A DNA stretch of 41,468 nucleotides from a virus (Duplodnaviria; Caudoviricetes). The stretch spans positions 1 to 41,468 of IMG/VR virus record IMGVR_UViG_3300032212_000048; one strand, written 5' to 3'. Below, one piece after another: positions 1 through 7,703 of this stretch. Below the pieces are notes generated by a model that saw nothing but the letters and a program-made list of their open reading frames with translations, ran no database searches and was not told the DNA's origin. Position 1 is the stretch's first letter; every line of letters begins with the position of its first letter. The position numbers and the translations under genes are program-made.

Positions 1-937
1 CGCCGTGGTAAAAACATGAAACTGCGGCGCTATAAGTGCCTGCGGATCGGGTGTATTTTACGACCAAATCGCCCACTGCTGGCGTGAACGTGTTGCCGCC
101 TGCATCCGTGAGCGTCCCGCCTGTATTAACAGACGTTACGCCTGTTTCGGTGAATTGCGACGCAACCTTGTTAAGCGTCCCGCCTGAAACCCCGCATTTA
201 AGTTGGTTGGGGCTAAAAATCCGATCGCGCGTCAAAAAGCGGTCATCAGACTTTTCAAAGTCAATCCCCTGCACGTATTCTATGTCGCAATCAGTGCCGT
301 CAATGCGGGTGATAACACCAAGCTGAACAGCGCCCGTCGCTGTTGAATTACGGTCTACACTAAAGTAAACCGCGCAAAGATCTATGCGGCCGTCCCGGCT
401 GTGCGGCAAATCGCTGGTATTTGAGAGGTCAATAAAGCCTACATAAGCGGTAGCCGTAATGTCCCCTGACGAAACCGCAGCAAAAACACTGCGCTCGCGC
501 TCCGTCACCGTGGTTAGAATTTCGTTGTCATCCGACCCGGACGCTGGGAAGAGGTTAGGCCCGCAGCCCGTTAGCAATGCAAACTCTGTTTGAGCGCTTG
601 CCCCGTTGGTGTAGTCAATCCGAAAGGCGCGTCCGGGGACATTAACCAAAGAGCGAAAATAGGGGACATTAGCTTTGACGGCGGTGTCTCCGCTGAATGT
701 CTCGACTATATCTGAATCCGTTAACGGCCCTTGTGGATTAACACCGTCTTTGACGATCCCGAATTTGATGGTCACTGTGCCGTCTTGGTCTGCTTTGCAG
801 TTAAAGGCGATGTGCGGATAGTTATTAACCGTCCATGCGCCCGTAAAGACACCCGCAGAGCCAAGGGCGGTATTAGTTGAATTACCGTTTACGCGAACGC
901 CGCGCAGGTATTCTAAAGCCCTTAACTCTGCGCCCAT
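1..937 (-). CDS. Beta-rich hypothetical protein, possibly virion-associated; 316 aa when completed across the circular join (continues 41221-41208)
   Basis: Not in the ORF track. My translation from ATG 937 is MGAELRALEYLRGVRVNGNSTNTALGSAGVFTGAW...SAAVSCFYHG, open to base 1, then ERSV-TAA at 41221-41208. GAGGGGCTG lies upstream, and the start is 1 nt after the stop of 939-1178. Confidence 0.85.
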   Translation of the reverse strand, partial: MGAELRALEYLRGVRVNGNSTNTALGSAGVFTGAWTVNNYPHIAFNCKADQDGTVTIKFGIVKDGVNPQGPLTDSDIVETFSGDTAVKANVPYFRSLVNVPGRAFRIDYTNGASAQTEFALLTGCGPNLFPASGSDDNEILTTVTERERSVFAAVSSGDITATAYVGFIDLSNTSDLPHSRDGRIDLCAVYFSVDRNSTATGAVQLGVITRIDGTDCDIEYVQGIDFEKSDDRFLTRDRIFSPNQLKCGVSGGTLNKVASQFTETGVTSVNTGGTLTDAGGNTFTPAVGDLVVKYTRSAGTYSAAVSCFYHG

Positions 938-938
938 A

Positions 939-1178
939 TCAGCCCCTCACCAAAGGGTGCTTGTCCGCGATCAGGAACGCACCGCCAAGCAAGACGACAA
1001 TGCCGACCAGCTCAAACCATGGCTCAAGAAACGAAATGGCTGGCGGATAGCCTGACCATAGAAACTTTGCGGCAAGTCCAAACAATACCGCGGCGATGAA
1101 CAGCGCCCAAATGAAATTCACTGGCCCTTTAAGGTTGCGCTGAATGCTGTTTTTAAACTCTGGATCGATAACGCCCAT
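939..1178 (-). CDS. Small membrane protein with two predicted TM helices
   Basis: Hydrophobic stretches FIWALFIAAVLFGLAAKFLW and WFELVGIVVLLGGAFLIA; TAAGGA upstream. Confidence 0.75.
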   Translation of the reverse strand: MGVIDPEFKNSIQRNLKGPVNFIWALFIAAVLFGLAAKFLWSGYPPAISFLEPWFELVGIVVLLGGAFLIADKHPLVRG

Positions 1179-1257
1179 AACTAATTTTCCTTATTGCGCC
1201 TGTTCGACAGGCTTAGAACAAGGATGCCCGCAACCATGATGTAAGGAAAAAACATAC

Positions 1258-1446
1258 CTAGCCCCGTCCATCCTGGTGCTGTGTTACCGCCTTTTTAAGA
1301 TTTTGGCGAGCTTTTTCCACTTCCGGGGTGATTGCCATACCGTCTGCGGGTTTGTTTCGGCGCTTCCGGACGGGAACAATGGGAACGAACATAAGGACAA
1401 TCGCGGTGGAGAGTGCGAGCAATCCAACAATGGCAGCGGCCTGCAT
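1258..1446 (-). CDS. Small single-pass membrane protein
   Basis: N-terminal hydrophobic helix followed by RKRR; TGATG overlap with the upstream gene. Confidence 0.7.
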   Translation of the reverse strand: MQAAAIVGLLALSTAIVLMFVPIVPVRKRRNKPADGMAITPEVEKARQNLKKAVTQHQDGRG

Positions 1447-2300
1447 CAGTCTGACCCTTCAAGAGTCTGGGGTGGGAGCGGAAGGGGCATAAAATGCGTT
1501 GGCTGCGCTGGCTCATGCGGCGTGTCTGGATCGATACAGCTTACGAAGCACGGGGCGCACCCTTTCCATGCCGCCTGTCGCCAGTATCCTGCTGTGCTAG
1601 GCAACGTCTCGCCGGTTTCGTCGGGCGCAAACCCTAAAATTACGGTCTCGGTCAGCCCTATGCTATCGGGTGTTTTGTCGTACTCAGCGATTGGCCGCCA
1701 CCCACCGCCTAGAGCGGTGCGGAGCCCATTGACGTATGAACGAATTGCGATCTCTGCACAGAATAACTCCTCACCCCACGTGCCACATTGATCGTAAACG
1801 CTTTCAAGGTCTTCGCGGATAGAGGGAGCGGATGGCCTCTCATCAGGCCAGCGCTTAATGAACATTGCCACGACGCCATCCCATGCGGCATCACGCAGGC
1901 GAGTTTCATCAATCTCCACCAGACCGCTTGTGTTGGGTGCGGGGGTGGCGGAGAGGTCTGCGAGGACAGCTTCCTGAATGTGATCCGGAAGTCTCCGCCT
2001 CAATACCCGCAGCGCTTCGTTGAAGCCCTTGTTGAACGTCCCGCCCTCCGAATAACCAAGGGGCGTTTCTCGCTTCAACTCATCTAGCAGTTTGCTCACG
2101 TCGACTGCGTCTGCCACCTCCCCGCCCTCGGGCGCGCCTGGAAGGGCGGCGATAATCCGATCAGCGGTGGCGTACGCGTCGGCAATGTGCGCCTCTGTGG
2201 CGGGGCCGACTAGCTCACCGCGAGCGCGCTTTTCTTCTGCCCCGGCAATCACGGACGTAATCGCCCGCGCGATAGTCTCTCTATTGGTATCAGTCATCAT
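1446..2300 (-). CDS. Phage hypothetical protein with C-terminal DUF551-like domain
   Basis: WRPIAEY...PTHFMPLPLPP pattern typical of this phage domain. Confidence 0.7.
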   Translation of the reverse strand: MMTDTNRETIARAITSVIAGAEEKRARGELVGPATEAHIADAYATADRIIAALPGAPEGGEVADAVDVSKLLDELKRETPLGYSEGGTFNKGFNEALRVLRRRLPDHIQEAVLADLSATPAPNTSGLVEIDETRLRDAAWDGVVAMFIKRWPDERPSAPSIREDLESVYDQCGTWGEELFCAEIAIRSYVNGLRTALGGGWRPIAEYDKTPDSIGLTETVILGFAPDETGETLPSTAGYWRQAAWKGCAPCFVSCIDPDTPHEPAQPTHFMPLPLPPQTLEGSD

Positions 2301-2316
2301 AAAGCCCTTTCAAGGA

Positions 2317-2388
2317 TTGCAGGGCGGGTTTTTGGCTTGCCGCTCTAATCGTCGGAGGAACGATCCAGGACCCGGCCCCGCCCTGCAA
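2317..2388 (-). ncRNA. Candidate structured RNA element in an intergenic gap
   Basis: Perfect 12-bp closing stem (2317-2328 with 2377-2388) enclosing a 5-bp stem with 7-nt loop (2348-2364); fills most of the gap between two co-oriented genes. Confidence 0.4.
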
Positions 2389-2394
2389 ACTGGT

Positions 2395-3072
2395 TTAGTC
2401 GTCGTTCAAAATGTTATCGACGGCTTTGAGTACATCTGAGGCGGCTTCTGCGCGCTCTGGCGACAGTTCAGAAATGTTTTCTGCACGGCGCTGGCCCGGT
2501 GTCGGAATTGCAAGCGCGTCCTCGTCGCGGTCTGCCTCTGTCACGTCCGTGCCTGCATAAGCGGGCGCATCTGGGGCAACCTCTGGGCGGGTGCCGCTGG
2601 CAGAGAACATTGCAGGCGCGTCAGTCGCCTCAACGGCAGGCGGTGCCGTTTCTTCGCTGTGCGGCTTCGGGGTCTTTCGCGCAGGAAGCAGCGTGTTAGC
2701 CAGAATCTGAGCGCCTTCTTTGGCGTCTTCATCATTTGCTTTGAAGCGGTCCGCAGCGCCATCAAAACCGCTTGGCGCGTCTTTCGTGCGGCCAAGGATC
2801 TTGCTCACCGTGCGGCTTTCCATTTTCGATTTAGCATCGTCGTCTTTGGTTTTCGGCTCGAACACGGTGCGTTCAACCGATTGAATAAACGTAAGCTGCG
2901 CCGCGTCCAGCTCGCCTTTGAGCTTGTTAAGCAAGTTCTGTTCTTCTTCGAGTTCTTCGGCCAGTGACTCGCAGTTGCGGGCCTGGGCATCGAAAGCAGA
3001 AAGCGCTTTCGTGTAGGCCGCGCGGGCCTCGCTTTCCGTGATCTTGTTTGTTGCAGTGAGGTTCAAATTCAT
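2395..3072 (-). CDS. Hypothetical protein: N-terminal coiled coil, Ala/Pro/acidic disordered C-terminus
   Basis: 225-aa ORF with strong RBS GGAGACTAAATT-ATG. Confidence 0.8.
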   Translation of the reverse strand: MNLNLTATNKITESEARAAYTKALSAFDAQARNCESLAEELEEEQNLLNKLKGELDAAQLTFIQSVERTVFEPKTKDDDAKSKMESRTVSKILGRTKDAPSGFDGAADRFKANDEDAKEGAQILANTLLPARKTPKPHSEETAPPAVEATDAPAMFSASGTRPEVAPDAPAYAGTDVTEADRDEDALAIPTPGQRRAENISELSPERAEAASDVLKAVDNILNDD

Positions 3073-3097
3073 AATTTAGTCTCCTGGTTAATTAATT

Positions 3098-3451
3098 TCA
3101 GCCGTAGCCGTCGCCGTAGCCGTAGCCGTCGCCGTTGCCGTAGCCGTAGCCGTAGCCGTCGCCGTTGCCGTAGCCGTAGCCGTAGCCGTCGCCGTAGCCG
3201 TAGCCGTAGCCGTAGCCGTAGCCGTTGCCGTAGCCGTAGCCGTAGCCGTCGCCGTCGCCGTTGCCGTTGCCGTTGCCGTCGCCGTCGCCGTAGCCGTAGC
3301 CGTCGCCGTCGCCGTCGCCGTTGCCGTTGCCGTTGCCGTCGCCGTCGCCGTAGCCGTAGCCGTCGCCGTCGCCGTAGCCGTAGCCGTAGCCGTTGCCGTC
3401 GAACGTCTCCGCCGTCGGACCATCATCAAAGAGCTGGATGCTATCGGGCAC
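3098..3451 (-). CDS. Gly-X (X=Tyr/Asp/Asn) repeat protein
   Basis: About 49 GY/GD/GN dipeptides. Probable GTG start at 3451 with GAGG upstream, overlapping the stop of the DUF6948-like gene. Confidence 0.65.
   Translation of the reverse strand: MPDSIQLFDDGPTAETFDGNGYGYGYGDGDGYGYGDGDGNGNGNGDGDGDGYGYGDGDGNGNGNGDGDGYGYGYGNGYGYGYGYGYGDGYGYGYGNGDGYGYGYGNGDGYGYGDGYG
3101..3400. repeat. Hexanucleotide tandem repeat (GCCGT[A/C/T])n, about 50 units
   Basis: Directly visible; only one position of the hexamer varies. Confidence 0.98.
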
Positions 3452-3878
3452 TTGCGACCTCAACATTTTCAAGCGAGGCAATCGCTGTGTCCGTCATTGC
3501 GATGATTTCGCAGGCGTCGAGGATTGAAAGTTCAGCAACCTCGCCAGCGATCCGAACCTCTTTACGATTAGCGAGCCCGTGACGCGCAACGCCTGACAGA
3601 CTGATCTCTTTGCCAGCAGACCACCAGCGCCACATACGGCGGGAGTTGGTCAGTTGAACCGTGCGCCCATCGACGCTTTGGAGCGTTCCGAAGTGAACAC
3701 CCGCGTCACGCGCTCGAATAATTACTTTGTCGCCGATTGGGTATTGAGTGGCAGGCGATGACGCCGCGCCGATTGCGGGTGAGCCCAAAAGCTCTGCAAG
3801 CTCGTTATGCTCTGCGGCAAGCGCGCCTAGTCTAGCGCGCGCTTGCGCCAAAGCGTCTTTGATTGATTGTGAATCCAT
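3441..3878 (-). CDS. DUF6948-like phage protein (small beta-barrel)
   Basis: IGDKVIIRARDAGVHFGTL...LTNSRRMWRW...ISLSGVA motif; RBS GGAGACTAAATT. Confidence 0.75.
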   Translation of the reverse strand: MDSQSIKDALAQARARLGALAAEHNELAELLGSPAIGAASSPATQYPIGDKVIIRARDAGVHFGTLQSVDGRTVQLTNSRRMWRWWSAGKEISLSGVARHGLANRKEVRIAGEVAELSILDACEIIAMTDTAIASLENVEVASAR

Positions 3879-3910
3879 AATTTAGTCTCCGTACCGTAAT
3901 TGGTGAAACA

Positions 3911-3940
3911 CCTATGCCCCATAATGGCACAAAGTGTCAA
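3911..3940 (-). promoter_or_regulatory. Sigma70-like leftward promoter with overlapping near-palindrome
   Basis: TTGACA (3940-3935)-N18-CATAGG; TATGCC-N7-GGCACA at 3913-3931. Confidence 0.55.
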
Positions 3941-4353
3941 CTGGTTTTTTCCAATGCGTTTCGCATGGCGCTCACTTGATTGCGCGAAACGGTTAACAGG
4001 TGGCAAATCTGGTGGTTATCAAACCCCTTGTCGAGCAGGTCGCAGATCTCAAGATCCAGATTGTCCGCCTCAATCGCTAGCGGGTGGCGGTGGTAGATCC
4101 CGCCCACACGGTTGCGCGTGATACCGTAAAGCTTCGCCACGCTGACGTAAGATTCGCCTCGGGCGCAGCGTTTGAAAATGTCCAGGTGCGTCGTTGCGGG
4201 CAGCTCCGTTGCGCTTGGGTTAGTTCTGCCATTCCTGGCGCAGACCCCGGCAACAGTGCCTTTGGTGGTTTTAAGCTTGCGGGCAATCTCTGCGAAGGTG
4301 TGGCCCTTGTCTCGCAGTTCGATGATCTGGCGGTTGCGTTCGGTTTTGTTCAT
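3937..4353 (-). CDS. Triple-HTH DNA-binding protein, GcrA-like
   Basis: Three repeats: GHTFAEIARKLKTTKGTVAG, GESYVSVAKLYGITRNRVGG and GFDNHQICHLLTVSRNQVSA. The second resembles the GcrA N-terminal HTH (TRNAVIG). Confidence 0.7.
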   Translation of the reverse strand: MNKTERNRQIIELRDKGHTFAEIARKLKTTKGTVAGVCARNGRTNPSATELPATTHLDIFKRCARGESYVSVAKLYGITRNRVGGIYHRHPLAIEADNLDLEICDLLDKGFDNHQICHLLTVSRNQVSAMRNALEKTS

Positions 4354-5057
4354 CCCTCAACCTCTTCAAGTTGCATGTCAGCCGGGTTCGTCGTGACCAC
4401 GAGATTTTTTTCTTTCAGAATGTGCCTCAACGCCTCGGTTACCCGATCCGCCATAAACCGGGATTTAATTAAAATACGTCTGCCGTCGAAGGCTTCCGCC
4501 TCTTCCGATAGAGTCTGGAGCGCATTTCCCAACACAGGATTGCCGGTGCAGTTCTCTCCCAAAAGCGCCTGCAAGCGAGCTGCCCCCTCATTGGGCAAGC
4601 TCGCGCCCGCAGGCGCGCTAAGGTTTTTATTTGGTTTATTATCTGGTTTATTATCTGGTAATGGTCTGCCCTGAGGGGCAAATGACAATTGCCCTGAGGG
4701 GCAAATGCCATCTGCCCTCAAGGGCAAATGCATTACCCTTTGCTCTATCCCATTGTAACTATACCACTTTGTACGATCTCGGGTGTCTTTGTTGAAGCGC
4801 CCGGAAACGATGATTTCAGCCGCTTCCAGCTTGTCGAGCGCGGTTCTGATCTGCTTGATGGTGAGGTAAGGAAACAGCTTTTCGAAAGCGCTTATGCTGT
4901 TGAATGTCCAATAACGATCATTGTGGAAATGACGCTCGCTTTCGTTAGCCTCGTTCTTCGCGCACCAGTGTTGAATGTTGGCCGCGACGACAGCGGCATT
5001 AACGCCAACCTCGCACGCAATTTCTACGTTGAAATGATGAATTAGCCCCGCTTGCAT
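4350..5057 (-). CDS. Replication initiator (lambda O-like / replisome organiser, N-terminal winged HTH)
   Basis: HHFNVEIA..VGVNAAV...RYWTFNS...FPYLTIKQIRTALDKL motif; internal iterons; located downstream of the cro-like gene. Confidence 0.8.
   Translation of the reverse strand: MQAGLIHHFNVEIACEVGVNAAVVAANIQHWCAKNEANESERHFHNDRYWTFNSISAFEKLFPYLTIKQIRTALDKLEAAEIIVSGRFNKDTRDRTKWYSYNGIEQRVMHLPLRADGICPSGQLSFAPQGRPLPDNKPDNKPNKNLSAPAGASLPNEGAARLQALLGENCTGNPVLGNALQTLSEEAEAFDGRRILIKSRFMADRVTEALRHILKEKNLVVTTNPADMQLEEVEG
4623..4730. promoter_or_regulatory. Putative replication origin (three iterons plus AT-rich tract)
   Basis: TGCCCT(GAG/CAA)GGGCAAATG at 4667, 4690 and 4713 (23-bp period). Adjacent AT-rich tract has tandem TGGTTTATTATC (4632-4655). 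Confidence 0.8.
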
Positions 5058-5287
5058 TATTTACGCCCCTTAATCTCGCAGGCGAGTTCGTCAGCATGTT
5101 CCTGGCTTGCCCATCCCATGAAGCCAACGCGGCCATTTGTTCCGATCCAGATGCGAAACGCATGATCAAAAGTAGGCGAGCGCACGCCGTTCTTGATTCG
5201 ATTGATAACGGGACGACTGATGCCGAAATACTTTGCGGCTTGCATGTCGCTCCAGCCCTTATCTTCAAGCCATTCATTCAATGTCAT
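5057..5287 (-). CDS. Cro-like XRE-family HTH regulator
   Basis: MTLNEWL...AAKYFGISRPVINRIKNGVRSP...TNGRV; first gene after the divergent promoters. Confidence 0.85.
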   Translation of the reverse strand: MTLNEWLEDKGWSDMQAAKYFGISRPVINRIKNGVRSPTFDHAFRIWIGTNGRVGFMGWASQEHADELACEIKGRK

Positions 5288-5418
5288 GTAACAAAACCCT
5301 TTTTTAGCTTTATCCTGCTATGCACAGAACGCGGCGTTCTTGTCAATACATTAGCGCCAAATCGGCACTTGACGCATACGGCGAGCTGTGCCAGTACAGA
5401 ACGAAAGGAGACTAACCG
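5288..5418. promoter_or_regulatory. Divergent early promoter region
   Basis: Leftward TTGACA (5346-5341)-N18-CATAGC with palindrome AGAACGC-G-GCGTTCT (5326-5340) in the spacer. Rightward TTGACG at 5369-5374. Confidence 0.65.
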
Positions 5419-5583
5419 ATGAGTATTTTTGTTTGCACCCGCTGCGACCATTACCGCAACAATGACCTGATAGAAGCGTTTGAAGTGAATGACGAGCTTG
5501 TCTGTGAGTATTGCGCGGAAGAGTGGGAAACATTTGCTGAGTCGGCAGATGTTGAAGCATGGCAAGAGGAACATTTCGCATGA
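5419..5583 (+). CDS. Small acidic zinc-finger protein (54 aa)
   Basis: Not in the ORF track. MSIFVCTRCDH...LVCEYCAEEW has two CxxC motifs. RBS AAGGAG; ATGA overlap with the next gene. Confidence 0.8.
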   Translation: MSIFVCTRCDHYRNNDLIEAFEVNDELVCEYCAEEWETFAESADVEAWQEEHFA

Positions 5584-5798
5584 GCGTGACACGTAAGGTT
5601 AGCCCGTTGGACGTTCTGCGGGTGTTTCACAAAGAGAACCGCATTCGACGCATACAGGCACGCCGTAAGAAACTGCGCGTTCGGATTAATGACCTGTTTG
5701 CGCAGATTAGTGAGCTTGAAGACGAAGACCAGGCGTGGAGCGACCGCGAAAGCGACCTGACATGGGCGATAGAGGAAAGCGGGGTTTATGATGACTAG
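5580..5798 (+). CDS. Hypothetical coiled-coil protein
   Basis: ATG overlaps the upstream stop (ATGA); MSVTRKVSPLDV... Confidence 0.7.
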   Translation: MSVTRKVSPLDVLRVFHKENRIRRIQARRKKLRVRINDLFAQISELEDEDQAWSDRESDLTWAIEESGVYDD

Positions 5799-5988
5799 CG
5801 ACGAAATTAAAACTGTAGAAAACGCTCTACAGTCTGCATTTTTGCACATGAACGCATACGCTAACGGCGACTATGTAAATTTCTGGGGGCGGGACGCTAG
5901 CGCAAATGAGGTTTTGGCGAACATTTACCAGATTCTCGCGCCCGCTCAGATTGCCTTGAATGGGGAGCGAAATAAACAAGATGACTAA
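5788..5988 (+). CDS. Hypothetical protein
   Basis: Tiles between its neighbours with short overlaps. Confidence 0.65.
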   Translation: MMTSDEIKTVENALQSAFLHMNAYANGDYVNFWGRDASANEVLANIYQILAPAQIALNGERNKQDD

Positions 5989-6751
5989 AGAAACGGAGAC
6001 TGAATTGGAACAAGAGACATTGCCGGTTGAGGCACCAAAGCGGGACTTGACCGCGCACCTGCCTGAAGAGGCATCTATCGTGGAGCGTGCGGCGTTTGCT
6101 GGTATGCCGGTCGAGATGATCGAGCAATTGCGCTTGATGGCGCGCGATGAACGAAACGACGAGTTTCGCCGCGAGTATGAGGCGGCTTTTGCAGAAATGC
6201 AGCCTAAGCTGCCAGCGGTTGCGAAAGCCGGAGAGGGGCACCAAAATGCACGATACGCCAAGCTCGAAGACATACAGGCCGCTGTTCGTCCCGTATTGGG
6301 TGAGCATGGATTTAGCGTCAGATTCAAGGTCGAAGATCTGGAAAGCGCGATTGCGGTTTCTTGTATCCTCTCGCACCGAAACGGCCATAGCGACGCTGAT
6401 ACCATTCGATTGCCCCTTGATACATCAGGCAGCAAAAACAACGTGCAAGCCCGAGGTTCTACTGTGGCCTATGGCAAGCGTTACACCCTCTGCAATATAC
6501 TTGGCATCCAGACAGGCGGGGAAGACAATGACGGTCAGACGGAGCTTTCCGGCGACGTTCTGACGCCTGATAACGTCAAGACCATCCGCACGCTTTTGAC
6601 AAAGCTGGACCGCAAGGAAGAGGCATTCTTAACCTATATGGGCAAGAATGGCGTGACCGTTGCGAGTGAGCTGGAAAACGTGCCTGTGGAATCGTTTGGG
6701 AAGATGCAGGAAACACTTGCGCAGTGGGCGCAGAAGCTGGGGGCGAGCTGA
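5981..6751 (+). CDS. erf: ERF-family single-strand annealing protein
   Basis: RYAKLEDI...VRPVLGEHGFS...ILSHRNGH...QARGSTVAYGKRYTL ERF signature. Confidence 0.9.
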   Translation: MTKETETELEQETLPVEAPKRDLTAHLPEEASIVERAAFAGMPVEMIEQLRLMARDERNDEFRREYEAAFAEMQPKLPAVAKAGEGHQNARYAKLEDIQAAVRPVLGEHGFSVRFKVEDLESAIAVSCILSHRNGHSDADTIRLPLDTSGSKNNVQARGSTVAYGKRYTLCNILGIQTGGEDNDGQTELSGDVLTPDNVKTIRTLLTKLDRKEEAFLTYMGKNGVTVASELENVPVESFGKMQETLAQWAQKLGAS

Positions 6752-7104
6752 TGGCGGATACAATTTCAAAATCAGCCGTTTTTCCAATTGCGCTCGGCGG
6801 CGCTTGTGTTGGGGCGGCGCTTGTGGCGGCGCTTGCTTTGCTGGGAGAGCAAAAACCCACTTACGGGGAAGAAAAAGAACGCGCAACACTCGTGGGGCGC
6901 GTTTGTATGGTCAGAGGGGAGCGCGAAGCGAGCGCGCGGCTTTCCCTACGCGACACGCCTAGCGAAATTTTGGGCCAGTGCCTTTATGCGTGCAGCAATT
7001 TGGGCGGGCTGTATGACAAGAAGGGCGAAGAGGAAGCGTGCGAAGCTGCTGTGAACAAATACTTTATAGAAAACGACATGATTTTGACGGGGGGCAACAA
7101 ATGA
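6751..7104 (+). CDS. Membrane-anchored or exported Cys-containing hypothetical protein
   Basis: TGATG overlap; N-terminal hydrophobic helix; four Cys in the soluble part. Confidence 0.65.
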   Translation: MADTISKSAVFPIALGGACVGAALVAALALLGEQKPTYGEEKERATLVGRVCMVRGEREASARLSLRDTPSEILGQCLYACSNLGGLYDKKGEEEACEAAVNKYFIENDMILTGGNK

Positions 7105-7703
7105 CAGCAACTAACCCGCAAGACCGCGACGCCTGGATTGCGCCTAAGTTTGTTTGTGAAACTTCGGAGAAAACAGCAGAGGGGCGGCGGCTATCTGTGT
7201 TTGAGTGTCGGTGCGGCCAATGCTTTAAGGCTCCAAAAGGAAGAGTTGATTCGGGTGTTCGAAAAACGTGTGGTTGTAAGACGGGCTTGCCCGCTCCAGC
7301 AAAGAGTCACGGGGGAAGATACATGCCCGAATATGGTCACTGGCAAGCAATGCGGCGAAGGTGTTTGAGCAAACGGCATAAGGACTACGCCGGATGGGGC
7401 GCTAAAGGCATCAAAATTTGTGCGCGATGGAATGATTTTGCGCTGTTCATAGAAGATATGGGGCTAAAGCCGTCGCCAGAAATGTCCTTGGACCGGATAA
7501 ACCCAAACGGCAACTATGACCCGGGTAATGTGCGGTGGGCAACACCTGCGCAGCAAATGCGAAACCGCAAGGACTTTACTTATGTGGGCACTCCTTATGG
7601 GATTTTTGCTTTAATAGATTGGGCTGAAGCAATTGGCCTAACCAGCGGCGCGGCTCACATGCGGCTAAAGCGGGGTAAGTTGGAGGGCTGTTGTCGTGCT
7701 TAA
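7101..7703 (+). CDS. Free-standing HNH-type homing endonuclease
   Basis: CRCG...SG..KTCGC, WQAMRRRC, ICARWNDF..F..DMG, SLDRINPNGNYDPGNVRWAT. Confidence 0.88.
   Translation: MTATNPQDRDAWIAPKFVCETSEKTAEGRRLSVFECRCGQCFKAPKGRVDSGVRKTCGCKTGLPAPAKSHGGRYMPEYGHWQAMRRRCLSKRHKDYAGWGAKGIKICARWNDFALFIEDMGLKPSPEMSLDRINPNGNYDPGNVRWATPAQQMRNRKDFTYVGTPYGIFALIDWAEAIGLTSGAAHMRLKRGKLEGCCRA

Noticed and set aside
2317-2388. tRNA gene
   Set aside because: There is no recognisable T-loop (TTCRA) or D-arm in the right positions; kept only as a generic structured element.
3101-3400. CRISPR array
   Set aside because: It is a pure hexamer tandem repeat with no unique spacers, and there are no cas genes.
3088-3429. 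(Thr-Ala)n ORF as the real gene
   Set aside because: It lacks a good RBS. The GC-rich Ala codon GCC never appears and the Thr codon is invariant, while the Gly-X frame has a coupled start and matches a recurrent phage repeat type.
5326-5340. LexA/SOS box
   Set aside because: GAAC-N5-GTTC fits neither the alphaproteobacterial GTTC-N7-GTTC nor the Gram-positive GAAC-N4-GTTC spacing. A phage operator is more likely.
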